NCBI GenBank assembly: GCA_031835245.2
Contig: JAVKOQ020000011.1
Span: forward strand, 186,001-250,000
DNA: 64,000 nt
DNA from: Balamuthia mandrillaris
Taxonomy: Eukaryota
Direction of reading: 5' to 3'
Below the pieces are notes generated by a model. That model saw only the letters and a program-made list of their open reading frames with translations, was not told the DNA's origin and did not search any database. The translations under genes were made by a program, and so were the position numbers. Within the stretch, counting starts at the first letter, position 1, and each line of letters starts with the position of its first letter. Below, in pieces: positions 22,892 through 34,984 of this stretch.

Positions 22892-24651
22892 TCACTTTTT
22901 GCCCAATTTGAGCCAAGAACGAAGCTTTTGGGTTTGTTGTTCTGTGTTTTTTGGTTTTGACGACGACGAGCCTTCTCCAGAAGAAGATGAAGAGGATGCC
23001 GTTCTGCTGGTTGTACTTCTTCCAGTTGAAGATGTAGACGAAGATGATGAAGCTGATGAAGAGGATGAAGACGACGACGACGAATACGAAGAAAGATTTT
23101 CACAGATATTTGCCATTAACTCTGGTTTCAGGTAGTCCTCTGGTCCCGTTGCTGTTTATTCCATTTTGTTTTTTTGTTTTGTGAGCAGAGGAGAGAGGAG
23201 AGGAGAAGAGACATACGACTATCCCAAGCAAAATGAAGGACAGCAGCAGGCACAAAAAGTTGCGCTTTCAGAGATTGCTTAAGGTCGACTTTTTGTCTCG
23301 GCGGTGTTGTGACTGAAGAAGAAGGAATGTTGTTAAATAAGACGTTGAACCAGAGAAGAGAGAGAGGACGTACATAAATAAAAGGGTAGATCAGGATGAG
23401 CAAGCTGTTCCTGAACAAATTCCATAACAGCTGTTGTCGACTCGTTTGGATGAAAGGTGGCTTGCAGCTCTAATCGATTGGGAAAACGGATGCGAACAAG
23501 AGTCTGGGTGTTTCACGTTGTTGAAATTAAGAGAAGAGATAACACTTGTTAAACATTAATATTCAACTAGAAAGAGTAATATCTACCTTGGAGAACTTAT
23601 TGACGTGTTGGAGTCTTTCCTTTTCACGTTGCTCTCGTGTTTTGAGCATTCCTGCAGTTTCCTCTTTCTGCCGACGAGCTCGATCACTGGCTGCAAAGTC
23701 AGATGGAAGTACCTCAAAGAAATGATCCGGAACTTCGACTAATGTATCGTTGTTTTGTTATTGACAGAGAAAAGAGATGGAATGAGAAAAGAAATCAGAG
23801 AAAAAGAAATTAGATGATTGGGTTGTACATACAATCCTTAAGTGAGAATGGTCGATCAGAAGGAGCAAAGACTTTGGTATTTCGTTCGGGAATGTTTTTC
23901 TTCCATGCTTCCTCTTCCCTTTTCTGTTCCAGTTCTTTTTTCTTTCGTATCAAATCTGCCACTTCTCTTTCCTTTTGTCTTATGTCAGCTCCTTGCTGAA
24001 ACGCTTGTAACACCTCCACATCCATTTCTTCTCCCATTGTAGTGGGTTCGGGTGTTGTGGTCTCTTGCTGTTGACGCTGTTGAGCATGTTCTTCTGTGTT
24101 CATTTTAGCTTTGCCTTTTGCTTTTGTCCTCTTCTCTTTTTCTTCCTTTACAACGTCTCTTGTCTCCATCTCCATTTCTGTTCGTGTTTCCGCTACTTCC
24201 ACTTCTTTCTCTTTCTTTTTCTCTTTCTCTTTTTCTTTTTCCGTTCCCATATTCACTTGAGCGGCTGTAGACTCTGTTGGCAAAGAGGCGGAGTCAGAAG
24301 AAGCAAGAATCTTCTTCTTTTCTTCTTCCTCTGCTTTTCTTTTTCTTTCTTCTTCTTCCTTCGCCTTTCTGGCAGCTTCCTGTTCGTTCAGTGCTTGTAA
24401 AACTACCTCGTTTTCGTGTTGCACCTCTTCTAGGGTGCGGTTGGTTGGGCGGAAGAGCAGTCGAATCAACACGCTATCCGAAATTCCAGTGCTTAGCAAG
24501 CTGTGTGTCATCAAGTCTTTGTTTGTGTTTATCTGAATTATTGGTGATACGTTAGTAAAATATTGTTTTAACAAAGAAGAAAGGATTACAAAAAGAGAAC
24601 ATGAGACAAAAAAAAGAAAGAGCGAAAAAGAGAACGACAGAAGCCGGAATA

Positions 24652-24697
<46 letters not shown>

Positions 24698-25394
24698 AGA
24701 GGGAGGGAGCGAGAGGGAGCGAGAGGGAGGGAGAGAGCGAGAAAGAAAGAAGCGAACCTCGGTAGATAAAACATTGACGACGGGCTGCATGTAAAAACTC
24801 TCTGTGGTTGGCGTTTTCTTCCTCTTTGAGCCCACATCGTCGGAGGAAGCACCCGTTACCCGAGTGAGGTTCAGCTGATCGGGTTGCTTGCTCTCAAAAT
24901 GGCGCAAAATCTCCCAATAGTTCGTTGATGCGGGAAAGCTCTCCTGCAAACGCCCGCCTGAAGGAAGCTGCAAAGCAACGCGAACCTGTACATCTGTTTC
25001 CATAGAACAGGTCAGCAAAAAAAAAACTTAGAGCTGAGAGAGAGGAGATCGCAACTTCCTCTGTTGGCAGCGCCTTTCTGCTTTTCAAGGTCCAGCGTGG
25101 CGCGAGAAGGTATGCCAGACAGACGAACGCTCAACGACAGATCAAGCGGCTTGTTACGAAAGCTGAAACAGAAAAAAAAAAGAAAGAAAGAAAAGAAAAA
25201 TCAGAGCACTGTTGTTTTCTCATGCATGCATGAAAAAAAGTAGTGAGCCGAAAAAGAAACAACCTCAGCTGGTATTGAGAGGGCTGGAGCTTGAAGGTCT
25301 CGCAGGCGCGTTGAAGGACCTGCCCCAGGGTCATGGCGGGCGTGGTTTTGACGGTGGCCCGTCGCCCATTGAACAAAACCACGAACGAGGACAT
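22892..25394 (-). CDS. ASPSCR1: Tether containing UBX domain (TUG/ASPSCR1/PUX1-like p97 adaptor), multi-exon
   Basis: N-terminal UBL 'RRATVKTTPAMTLGQVLQRAC', second UBL 'VRVALQLPSGGRLQESF', UBX 'TLVRIRFPNRLELQATFHP...LFVPAAVLHF' and C-terminal SWLKLGKK. Confidence 0.85.
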
Positions 25395-25429
25395 ATAGGG
25401 AGAGGTGTGTGCAAACACAAAAAAAAAAA

Positions 25430-25475
25430 AAACAAAAACAAAAACAAAAACAAAAACAAAAACAAAAACAAAAAC
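25430..25475 (+). repeat. (AAAAAC)n hexanucleotide microsatellite
   Basis: Directly visible. Confidence 0.9.
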
Positions 25476-25619
25476 GCGGTGCCACCACTACCCAAGTTTA
25501 ATCAAAAAGCCCAAAGAGACCGACCGAAAAGAAGGAGGAGAGAGGGTGTTGCTTTTTGGGTGTTGTGTTGCCACCTCTTCGGTTGCTGTTTTTTTTTTTT
25601 TTTTTTGCTTTCTGCATCA

Positions 25620-25769
25620 TTCATGTCGTCACGGATAACTTTCACTGGACAGGAGATAGGACAACCGTGAGAGTACATCTCCTTCATGTCGTCGCGTGCG
25701 CGGTGGAGAAAGTGACCAGAATACCAACGCAATGAGTGCTCGCCTCCCCCACTGCCACGTCGACGTGAA
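25620..25769. promoter_or_regulatory. Cluster of TTCRYGTCGWC motifs in the ASPSCR1/INTS11 divergent promoter
   Basis: Matches at 25620-25630(+), 25683-25693(+) and 25759-25769(-). Confidence 0.55.
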
Positions 25770-25810
25770 TTACACAAAAGAAAGAAAAGCAAAAACAGAG
25801 TAGCGGCAAG

Positions 25811-26692
25811 ATGGACATCAAAATCGTTCCTCTAGGTGATCTTTGCTTTTCTCGAGTCACTACTTTTCTTCTTCTTCTTCTTCTTCTTCTTCTTCTTCTT
25901 TGCAACATTTTTTACTCACTGCAACAACCAAAAAAATAAATAAAAATATTAAAAAACAAGGAGCGGGACAAGATGTGGGCCGAAGTTGCATCCTCGTAAG
26001 TTTGGGCGGCAAGAACGTGATGTTCGACTGCGGCATGCACATGGGATACCACGATGCTCGCAGGTTTCCGGACTTTTCATACATCTCCAAAACAGGGAAC
26101 TTCACCAGCGCCTTGGACTGCATCATTATCACTCATTTGTATGAAACCTCTTGCTACCCTTTTTTTTTTTTTTGCGCTGTTTCCTCGTTTGATGATTTTT
26201 TTTTAACTTACTCCGTATCTTCATCACAGTCACTTGGATCACTGCGGAGCTCTTCCGTTTTTCACGGAGATGTGCGGCTACCATGGTCCTGTCTACATGA
26301 CTGTACTACCTCCACCATCCTCTCTTCTTTCCTCTCTTCTTCTCTCGCGCTATGCTCTCTCCTTTCCTCTCTTTAGTATCTCTTCTGAGCTATTTATCTT
26401 CTGACGCGACTTGAAGCATCCAACTAAGGCTATCTGTCCAATTCTTTTGGAGGACTATCGTAAGATCGCAGTGGAAAGAAAGGGCGACAAGAACTTTTTT
26501 ACCAGTGCCATGATCAAGGATTGCATGAAGAAAGGTTTGTCTGTTCTTGTTCTTCTTGCTCTTGCTCTTGCTCTTGCTCGAGACGCTCATAAAACAAATT
26601 AGTGGTAGGAGTAAACGTGCACCAAACAGTTCATGTGGACGATGAATTGGAAATAACAGCATACTACGCTGGCCACGTGCGTTCTCTCTCTC

Positions 26693-26746
<54 letters not shown>

Positions 26747-29196
26747 TCTCTCTCCCCAAATTGTTGTGGACAAAATAAAATGCAAGAGGACGAATTGCTC
26801 TACAATAAGGTGAAGCAAAAGAACAAGAAAAAGTAACTAACTTCACTCTGTAGGTACTCGGAGCAGCTATGTTTCATGTCAAAGTTGGTGAACAGAGCGT
26901 CGTTTACACAGGAGATTACAATATGACTCCAGACAGGCATCTTGGCGGCGCTTGGATTGCTAAAGTTCGACCCGACGTTCTCATCACTGAATCCACGTTT
27001 GTTTTTTCTCTTCTCTTCTCTTCTCTTCGTTGTTCTCTTCTTTTCTCTTCTCTATATATCTCTCTTAAACTAACTTTTGTTTGAATGAAGCTATGCTACA
27101 ACAGTACGAGACTCAAAGCGTTGGCGAGAACGGGACTTTCTCAAAAGAGTACATGGCTGCGTTGAGAACGGAGGCAAAGTGCTCATTCCAGTGTTTGCTT
27201 TGGGCCGTGCCCAAGAGCTTTGCATTTTGTTGGACACGTACTGGGAACGACGCAACTTGTCGGTGCCTATTTACTTTTCAGCTGGACTCACTGAAAAAGC
27301 GACCAATTACTATCGGTTGTTCATCAATTGGACCAACCAGAAGATCAAAAAGACTTTTGTGCATAGGTTTTGTGCATTTCTTCTTAATGACTTCTATTTT
27401 CTTATTTGTTTCTTCCCCAAGTAATTGACTTTTCTCATTTCACAACATAACCAGAAATATGTTTGATTTCAAACATATTCATCCATTTGAGCGTGGAATG
27501 GCGGATGACCCAGGACCAATGGTGCTTTTTGCTACACCTGGAATGCTTCACGCGGGCACTTCCCTCGAAGTATTCAAAAAATGGGCAGGAGACGAGCGAA
27601 ACATGGTCATCCTTCCTGGGTTAGTTCTTTTTCATGTGCTGTGCTTTTTCTTCTTCATCCTCCTTCTCCTTTCTTTCCCTTCTTGTTCTTCTTATCGCTT
27701 CTTTTCCCACTGGTGATGCGGAGCAGTTACTGTGTAGTAGGCACCGTAGGCAACAAGCTTACCGCAGGTTCGCAGGCACCTCGCAAAATTGAAATAGACA
27801 AGAACACCACTTTGGAAGTCAAGTGCAAGATCAAGAACTTGTCTTTTAGCGCCCATGCCGATGCCAAAGGCATTATGCAACTCATCAAGCAAGCCGAGCC
27901 AAGAAACGTTATCTTAGTCCATGGAGAGAAAGGCAAAATGTATACTCTATCATACCGTTTCATTTGTCCCGCTCCATATTCTAATCTCTTTTCTTTCATT
28001 TTCGTTCGTCTCTTTCTCGTTTTTACTAGGCAATCGTTAAAGCAAAGAGTGATACGCGAGTTTGGAATACCTTGTTTTGATCCACCCAATGGCACCACTG
28101 TTACCATTCACACTCAACCATCTATTCCTGTGGACCTTTCTCGTAATTTGCTCAAACGGCAACTGAAATCCAACTTCTACTCAAATGGCGAGAATGTAGC
28201 CGAACAATCTTTTGGTGAAGGTAATTTTTCTGTCCTGCTCTGTTCCTTTATTTACTTCTTGTTCCTTATTTTCTTTTCTTATGAAACCTAACAGGAAGAG
28301 CAGTCAAACGGACACGACCTCCTTCTCGTATTCCCATAAATGGCGTCTTATTGATGGACGCTAATCAAGTGAGCTCTCCCTCTCTCCCTTATTCACTTTT
28401 TCCTGTCTAACGTTCAGCAACAAAGGGACAAAGCATAAAGATATTGGATCCTTCAGAAGCAATTCAAGAATTAGGATTGACTGAACATAAACTAAAGTTC
28501 ACCTCGACCACTCGCATCCCTGATGCCTTGGATAAAACCTCCCTTTTAGATGAATTATATTCAGCATTTTCAAAGTAACATTCATCCCTCGCTCCCTCCC
28601 TTTTGATTCCTCCCTCTCTCGCTCCCGCCCTCTCTTTCATCATATGGCAGGACTCAGCTGTTTTTTTGCTTCAAAAAGATGGATGGAACCAGTCGTGAGT
28701 AGAGACCTTCGTTGTATAAAAATCCGTTCTCTCTCTGTTACCATTCGCGAGAATGTAAATCTTGTAACATCTTGGTTGTATGAGGTATGTAACTCATTTC
28801 TCGTTCTCTCTCTCTCTCTCTCTCTCTCTCCTGAAGCGGAAACATGTGGTATAATAATAAAAAAAAAAACAGGATGAAGATGTAGCTACACACGTATTGA
28901 TGATTATTGGCAAAGTCTTGTCGGCTCTTGAAGAAGCTTCTTCGAGCATTTCGTCACATGATGAAGAACGAGAGTTGTACAAATCATATCATGATTCGGA
29001 GGAGGACGAAGAAGCAGAAGAAGAAGAAGAAGAAGGAGAGGAAGGCGCAGACAAGAAGACGATGAAGAAAGCAGACGACGATGAAGAGGCAGCAAACGAA
29101 GCAATAGATGAAGAAGAAGAATTTGAGAAGCATCTTCCGATGCGGGAAGAAGAGGAAGAAGAGGAAGAAGAATTGGAAGAGGGAGAAATATTGTAA
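25811..29196 (+). CDS. INTS11: Integrator complex subunit 11 (CPSF3-like beta-CASP endonuclease), ~13 exons
   Basis: [21 protein letters not shown]...[75 protein letters not shown]. Confidence 0.95.
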
Positions 29197-29380
29197 TGAA
29201 TACAATCTTTTCCCCCCTCTGCTCTTTGTTTGGCTCTTCAACCAATTGTCCGCCCCCTTTTTCTGCTCGTCAAGGTCTTCTTGCACACTTTGCATTCACC
29301 TCGTTGGTCTCTCTCTCCCACTCTAGCTGAAAGACACTTTAGATGTTTCCCAAGTTTAAAAGAAAAAGGCGGTTTATGAA

Positions 29381-31012
29381 CTAGAGCCCAGAGGACAAAC
29401 ATTCCTGGACGGCTTCACGCAACAGCGATACAAAGCTCCGCACCTCTTCAAATGAATTGTAGAGCGGGACAGGGGCAATCCTCATCACGTCGGGCTTTCG
29501 CACATCGCAGATAACGCCTTTCTTCGTCAACCTATCAAACACGCGCGTTACAACAGGAACTTGGTCTCCCTTCCTCTTTCCGTCCTTCTCCTCCTCTTCC
29601 TGCCAGTGAAACCGAACGGAGAGTTGGCAGCCGCGCTGGTGGACCTCCCGAGGAGTGAGGATCTCCACATGATCCTTCAGCAGCGGCTCCTCCTCCAACA
29701 GCATCTCTAAGTAGGCGGTCAGCAGCTGCGACTTTTGAACAAGCGGCTCCATGCCGCCTGCCTCCTCGAAGATCTTCAAGCTGGCCAGCAAGGTGGCGCA
29801 AGCCAGAACGGGAGGGTTGCTGAGCCGAAAGCCAAAGGCGCCAGGCTCAGGGTCGAAGGGCTGGTTCATGTCGAAGCGAGTGGATATGGAATGGCCCCAC
29901 CAGCCAGCAAAGCGTGGCAGCTCCTTGTTGTGCGCATGTCTCTCGTGGACAAAGCAACCAGCGATGCCTCCGGGCCCCGAGTTGAGGTACTTGTAGGAGC
30001 ACCAGCACGCCCAGTCCACGCCCCAGTCGTGCAGCTGCAGGCGCACGTTCCCGACGGCATGCGCCAGGTCGAAACCCACCACGCAACCTGTTGGATTGTG
30101 AGGCGTTAGGCTTTGTGGTTTCTCTTCTCCGCCTCCTCGTTTCCTCTTCACTAGAATAGAGGGTGAGAAAAACGAACCTTTAGCATGAGCAGCACGAGTG
30201 ATTTTCTCGATCTCGAACAGCTGGCCGGTGTAGTACTGAACGCCGGAGAGCATGACGAGCGCGATGCCGTCGCCTTGGCTCTCGATGAGGGCCAGTATGT
30301 CCTCCGTGCGGAGGAAGCTCTCTCCCGGCTTGGGCGCCAGCTGCAGCAAGCTGCTGGCAGGGTCGTAGCCATGGAACCGCAGCTGAGACTCCACGGCGTA
30401 CCAGTCGCTGGGAAAGGACTTGGCCTCTATCAGGATCTTGTGCCGGGTGGCCGTGGGACGGTAGAACGCCACCATCATGAGGTGCAGGTTGACGGTGAGC
30501 CCGTTCATGACGGCCACCTCCAGGGGCTTCGCCCCGACCAGCCTAGCGCTGAGCCCGTGCACGTTCTCGTCTGTAGTGAGCCAGGGGTGGTGACGAGCGG
30601 TCCTCCTCTTCTCCTCCTCCTCCTCCCCCTTCAGCCCATTTCGCTCTTCCTCCTCCTCCACCTCTCCCAGGGTGGAGGCGTTGATGAAGTGTCCCTCCAC
30701 CCCCCGTTTGGCCCACTCGTCCAGCTCCTGCTGCACGTAGGCCGCCGTGGTGGTGGGCTGCAGCCCCAACGAGTTGCCGCAAAAGTAGATGGCGGGCGGG
30801 GAGGAGGCGTCCTGCGGGTCGGCCCGTGGGTGCAGGAAGCGTTGCTTGAAGGCGGAGAGGGGGTCCCTGGCGTCCAGCGCTCGCGCCAGCTCTGCGCTGT
30901 GCATGGGTTTGCCCAGCTCCTTGCTGAGCTGCCTCAGCGTTTCGTGTGGCGGCCTCGGCGAGGCGGTGGAGGTCGAGGCTGTGGAGGTAGAGGCGGAGAG
31001 GGCATCCATCAT
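29381..31012 (-). CDS. KYNU: Kynureninase, 2 exons (90-nt intron 30088-30177)
   Basis: IYFCGNSLGLQP, MNGLTVNLHLMM, FPSDWYAVESQL, GFDLAHAVGNV, WCSYKYLNSGPG (PLP lysine), IRIAPVPLYN-like end. Confidence 0.96.
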   Translation of the reverse strand: MMDALSASTSTASTSTASPRPPHETLRQLSKELGKPMHSAELARALDARDPLSAFKQRFLHPRADPQDASSPPAIYFCGNSLGLQPTTTAAYVQQELDEWAKRGVEGHFINASTLGEVEEEEERNGLKGEEEEEKRRTARHHPWLTTDENVHGLSARLVGAKPLEVAVMNGLTVNLHLMMVAFYRPTATRHKILIEAKSFPSDWYAVESQLRFHGYDPASSLLQLAPKPGESFLRTEDILALIESQGDGIALVMLSGVQYYTGQLFEIEKITRAAHAKGSFFSPSILVKRKRGGGEEKPQSLTPHNPTGCVVGFDLAHAVGNVRLQLHDWGVDWACWCSYKYLNSGPGGIAGCFVHERHAHNKELPRFAGWWGHSISTRFDMNQPFDPEPGAFGFRLSNPPVLACATLLASLKIFEEAGGMEPLVQKSQLLTAYLEMLLEEEPLLKDHVEILTPREVHQRGCQLSVRFHWQEEEEKDGKRKGDQVPVVTRVFDRLTKKGVICDVRKPDVMRIAPVPLYNSFEEVRSFVSLLREAVQECLSSGL

Positions 31013-31222
31013 CGTTACAGCTCTCTTTTCTTTTTTTTTTTTTTTTTTTTTTTTTTTTGGGTTCTGAAAAAAATATATATTTTTTTTTTCGTTTATTTTT
31101 CGGTTCCAAAAAGATGGAAAGAGGGAGGCGAGAGAGAGATGAGGGATGAGGGGGATGAGGGGGATGATGCAGAAGGAAGGAGAAGGGTTTTTCTTTTCTT
31201 TTCTTTTTTCCCCCCTCCCTCC

Positions 31223-31749
31223 TCAGAGGTCCTTTTCAAAGACGTGTGGAGGGGGAGGGCGAAGAAAGTGCTGCCGCTCGAGCAGGTGCTGGTGGCGGGC
31301 CAGGTCCTCGGGGTCCAGCGTGTGCAGGTCCCAGTGGTGCTTGGTGCCGCTGGGGGAGGCCCTCCCTCGCACCAGCCCCTCCCCCTCCTTGTAGACGTAG
31401 GTGCCGGAGATGGCCTCCTCGCTGCGGAGCTTCCGGGAGCTCCAGGGGGAGGGGGAGGTCATGCGAAGGAAGGCCAGCCGCCGCTGCCCCTGCCGCAGCG
31501 CCTGGTGGACCTCCGTCTCCTCTGTGAGGGCCTTGTTGGCCCGGAAAGCGTCTCGCGTCTGCCGCAGCGCCTCCTCTCTTTGTTTGAGGTTCGGCAGCCC
31601 CTTTGTAGAGAGAGAGAGAGAGAGAGAGGAGAGATTTCCATCAGATTCTGGAGAGAAGCAACACGCACACACACGAGAGATCGTACCTCTGCATGGCGAA
31701 GCAAGTCCCGATAGAGAGCAAGCACTCTGCCTCTGGTCGTGTTTTGCAT
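31223..31749 (-). CDS. LYR-motif (Complex1_LYR) mitochondrial protein, 2 exons
   Basis: MQNTTRGRVLALYRDLLRHAE|GLP...RDAFRANK. Confidence 0.8.
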
Positions 31750-31876
31750 CTCTCTCTCTCTCTCTCTCTCGTGGTTTGTTGTTTTTATTTTTATTTTTTT
31801 TTTAAAAAATAAGTAAATAAAAGAACAAGAAGAAAACGTAGGGATAACGTTAGCCAAGGCCAGGCCACAAGAGAGC

Positions 31877-32527
31877 TCAACCGGAAGAAGAAGAAGAAGA
31901 AGAAGAAGAAGAAGCAGCATCGACGGCAGCCGCTCCTTCTCCGGCGGCAGATGCGGTCTTGCAGATGCGCAACCCGCGCATGGTCTGGTTGTAGAAGAGG
32001 GCGGTGGCGTGGACGTTCGGCGGGAGGCCCCGCGCCGCCTCCTTCCACAGGTGGTAGTCCCCGCCGGGGCCGTCCCCGTGCAGCAACGCCTGGCAGCGCC
32101 GCTTGCCGCTTTGAGGCTTCAGCACGCGGCCCACCTCGCAGAGGAACTGGGCGAGGTTGGCGGGCACGCCGCACGGCCCTCCCGAGTGGGTCGTGCCGCA
32201 GCAGCAGATGACGCCCCGGCCCAGCACCAACGAGAAGAAGAAGAAGAAGAACAAGAAGAAGAAGAAGAAGAAGAACAAGAAGAAGAAGAAGAAGAAGAAC
32301 AAGAAGAAGAAGAAGAAGAAGAAGAAGAAGAACAAGAACAAGAAGAACAAGAACAAGAAAAGGAACCATAAGTTTCGCCGGATAACGGAGCAGAGGGGTC
32401 CACACGGCCGTTCTGGTACACCTGAGAGACCACCTGGAAAGCGGCGTCCAGGTCCGGCTTTGTGGTGAACCGCTTCAGCTGGTTGCCCACTGTATCCTTG
32501 CGCCCCTCGTCTTGAAAACGAAGGACC

Positions 32528-32559
<32 letters not shown>

Positions 32560-32758
32560 CACGAAGCAAGAAGACAGAAACCGAACCTAACGGCCTTTCG
32601 CTGAGCACTAATATTTGATAGGGAACACCCAACGCCTGGTAGGCCTGCAAAAAGCACTTCATCCCATTGCTGCGCCGCAAGGAGTTGGAAAACAGGTCCT
32701 CTGGCTCCAAGTTGAACAGAAACAGTGGATGCGACGACGACACCACCTCCTTTTCCAT
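31877..32758 (-). CDS. Hypothetical protein, ~3 exons
   Basis: ATG 32758 (MEKEVV...). GC-rich coding blocks are separated by two microsatellite-filled GT-AG introns. No family recognised. Confidence 0.55.
32232..32360 (+). repeat. (AAG)n/(AAC) trinucleotide microsatellite, intronic
   Basis: Directly visible; reads (CTT)n on the gene's sense strand. Confidence 0.9.
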
Positions 32759-32994
32759 TCAACACCAAACAACAAAAAAAAAAAAAAAAGAAAGCAAAAT
32801 ACAAAAAACTGAAAACTTGGGAGATGCAAGAACGAGGCGCAGGAAACTCCAAGAGAGTTCTAACGGCAGAGGTGCACCGGTAGAACCACCAAAGAGAGCC
32901 ACCACAAGAACTGCGTAAGCCATCTTTTTCTTTTTTTTGTTTGTCTTCCCTGAAAAGAGGGATGATAGCACCACACGTGTCCAACATCAGCTGC

Positions 32995-33135
32995 GCACAC
33001 CTGCTCATCCCACGGACATCCATGCTCCCTGGCCCACTTCATCCCCATCGACTGCATGCTTCCTGGTCCTTGTCCTCTGGGTCAACCACCGCCAGCAGCA
33101 GCCATCTCAGATCCACCAGAGAAACTCCATGCCGA
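32995..33135 (-). pseudogene. Degenerate fragment of a WARxNGCPW ankyrin-repeat gene
   Basis: MKWAREHGCPWDEQV plus upstream broken 'GMEFLWWI*DGC' and 'EMAAAGG*' pieces in different frames. Confidence 0.55.
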
Positions 33136-33156
33136 AAAAAGCGGGAGGACATTCAG

Positions 33157-33213
33157 GACGACGTGAATAATGCCCTCTGCCTTGTGGTACTCATTCCCTA
33201 ATGACGACACGAA
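33157..33213 (-). promoter_or_regulatory. Two TTCRYGTCGWC motifs upstream of the mitochondrial carrier
   Basis: Matches at 33157-33167(-) and 33203-33213(-). Confidence 0.5.
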
Positions 33214-33292
33214 ATGCTATTCCTGGTGATTTATTGCCGACATTAACTCCGGAAAAAAAAAAGAAAAGAAAAGAAACGAGAGAGAAGGAAGG

Positions 33293-33676
33293 ATGCCGGT
33301 GGTGGTGCAGGACCTCTCGGCTGGGGAAGGGGCAGGGGACGCTTACGAAGATGAGGAACAAGGGGAGGAAGGAGAATATTGGGATCTCAACGGGAGCAAC
33401 GAGGAGGAGGAGGAGGAGGACGAAGAGCTTTTGGAGCCCTGGTCCGAGTTTCTGCTGAGCACCGGCGCTGATTTGGCCTCCAACGTGGCGCTCTACATGG
33501 TGTTTCCCTCTCTCTCTGTCATACGTGCGCGTTGGATGGTCAGTTCGAGGCCCATTCCTGGTGGGGCCTACTCCTTCACAAACCTTCGCTCCACATACAC
33601 CTCCACCGCCGCAACGCCTGGTTCGTTCTCTTCTCTTTTTTTTTTCCAACGAGTCTAACCCTGAAGTGATTTTGCA

Positions 33677-33708
<32 letters not shown>

Positions 33709-34607
33709 GTTAAAAAAAAAAAGACGGATTTGGACCCTTTCACCCAACTCACGCTCTGCTGAGCGAAGGCTTGTGGGCGGTGAGCCACATGTTGCTGGGA
33801 ACCACCTTTGCCCATCTGTTTGGTGCCGATGAGGAGGATCGACAATTCCACGAACAACAACACCAACGGCACACCGAGGGCGACGCCGCCGCTTCTTCTT
33901 CTTCCCACTCTCACTCTCATTCTCACTCGGAGCCTTTTATCATGAAACGCAATGCGGCCTCGTTGCTCTGCACCAGCTTCTTCTCCAACCTGCTTTTCCT
34001 GCCACTTCACCGAGCGGCCATCCGACTGAGCGCTCAACCCCAGCTCTCGAGCAACAACAACAATGGCAGCAACAACGCCAACTACAAGTACAGCGGCATG
34101 GGGGAGTGTCTGCGTGACATGTGGAAGGAGAAGGGCGGTTTCCCTCGTTTCTTCACCGATCAGCTGTGGGAGGACGTGTTGCGGGACTGTTCCGTCTTCT
34201 TCACGGCCTCGTTTGTGTCATGGTTGGAGCCCTCCAGACTTGTGGACTCGCTGCAAGCACGATTCTTTCCTTCCACCACCACTTCTGCATTTCTTTCTAT
34301 GCTGGAAAACGAAGCGGAGGAAGAGGAGGAAGATGAGGAGGCGAGAGGCAACTCGCTCTTGGCAAGGAGAAACAAGGCGTTGATGACAGACATGCTTGTA
34401 CAGTCGTTGAAGGTGGTGGTGGATACTTCTTGTGCGTACGTCGCTTGCCAGGCCGTCAGCTTCCCTTTCCAGCTGATCTTTGCAAGGATGGCCATGCAGG
34501 GCTCCGGCTTGGAGGATGCCGTCTATCGCAACGGCTTCCATTGCGCTGTCTCCATTTTCCGAGAGGAAGGCTTCTCTGGTTTTTACAAGGTATTTTATCT
34601 CTTCTTG

Positions 34608-34638
<31 letters not shown>

Positions 34639-34928
34639 GCTGACATCAACACAAACAGGGATTGCTACCGGAGACAGTTCGGGTGTTGCCATTGGAAATA
34701 GCATTCAACCTGGCGCAAGTGTACTTGCTAACGGCCGTGTTTGGCTTTCCAGGACCAGACTATGATGAAGGGCCTGCCTTCTTCTCTGACGAAGACGAGG
34801 AAGGAATGGAGCTGCTGATCTCGGGGGAGCACGTCGCTGAGGAGCGGAGTATATGGCATCTCGTAGGCCAAGTCTTTTCTGCTCCTCTTTCTTTTTTCTC
34901 CGCCTCCTCTTCCTCTACTGTTGTATGA
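33293..34928 (+). CDS. Divergent mitochondrial carrier (SLC25) family protein, 3 exons; 3' end uncertain
   Basis: Carrier-like repeats: FPSLSVIRARW; LPLHRAAIRL...YSGMGECLRDMWKEKG; FPFQLIFARM...YRNGFHCAVSIFREEGFSGFYK|GLLP. Confidence 0.78.
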
Positions 34929-34984
34929 AAGAAGAAACAAAAAAAAGCAAAGCGAATGGAAGGCTATCACCTTGTTTTTAAAAG

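Noticed and set aside
30088..30177. Apparent 30-aa insertion in kynureninase
   Set aside because: Bounded by GT...CAG; removal restores AHAKG-CVVGFDLAH, so it is an in-frame intron.
30185..31714. 509-aa plus-strand ORF
   Set aside because: Antisense shadow of the GC-rich KYNU and LYR genes, running through poly-T; no recognisable domain.
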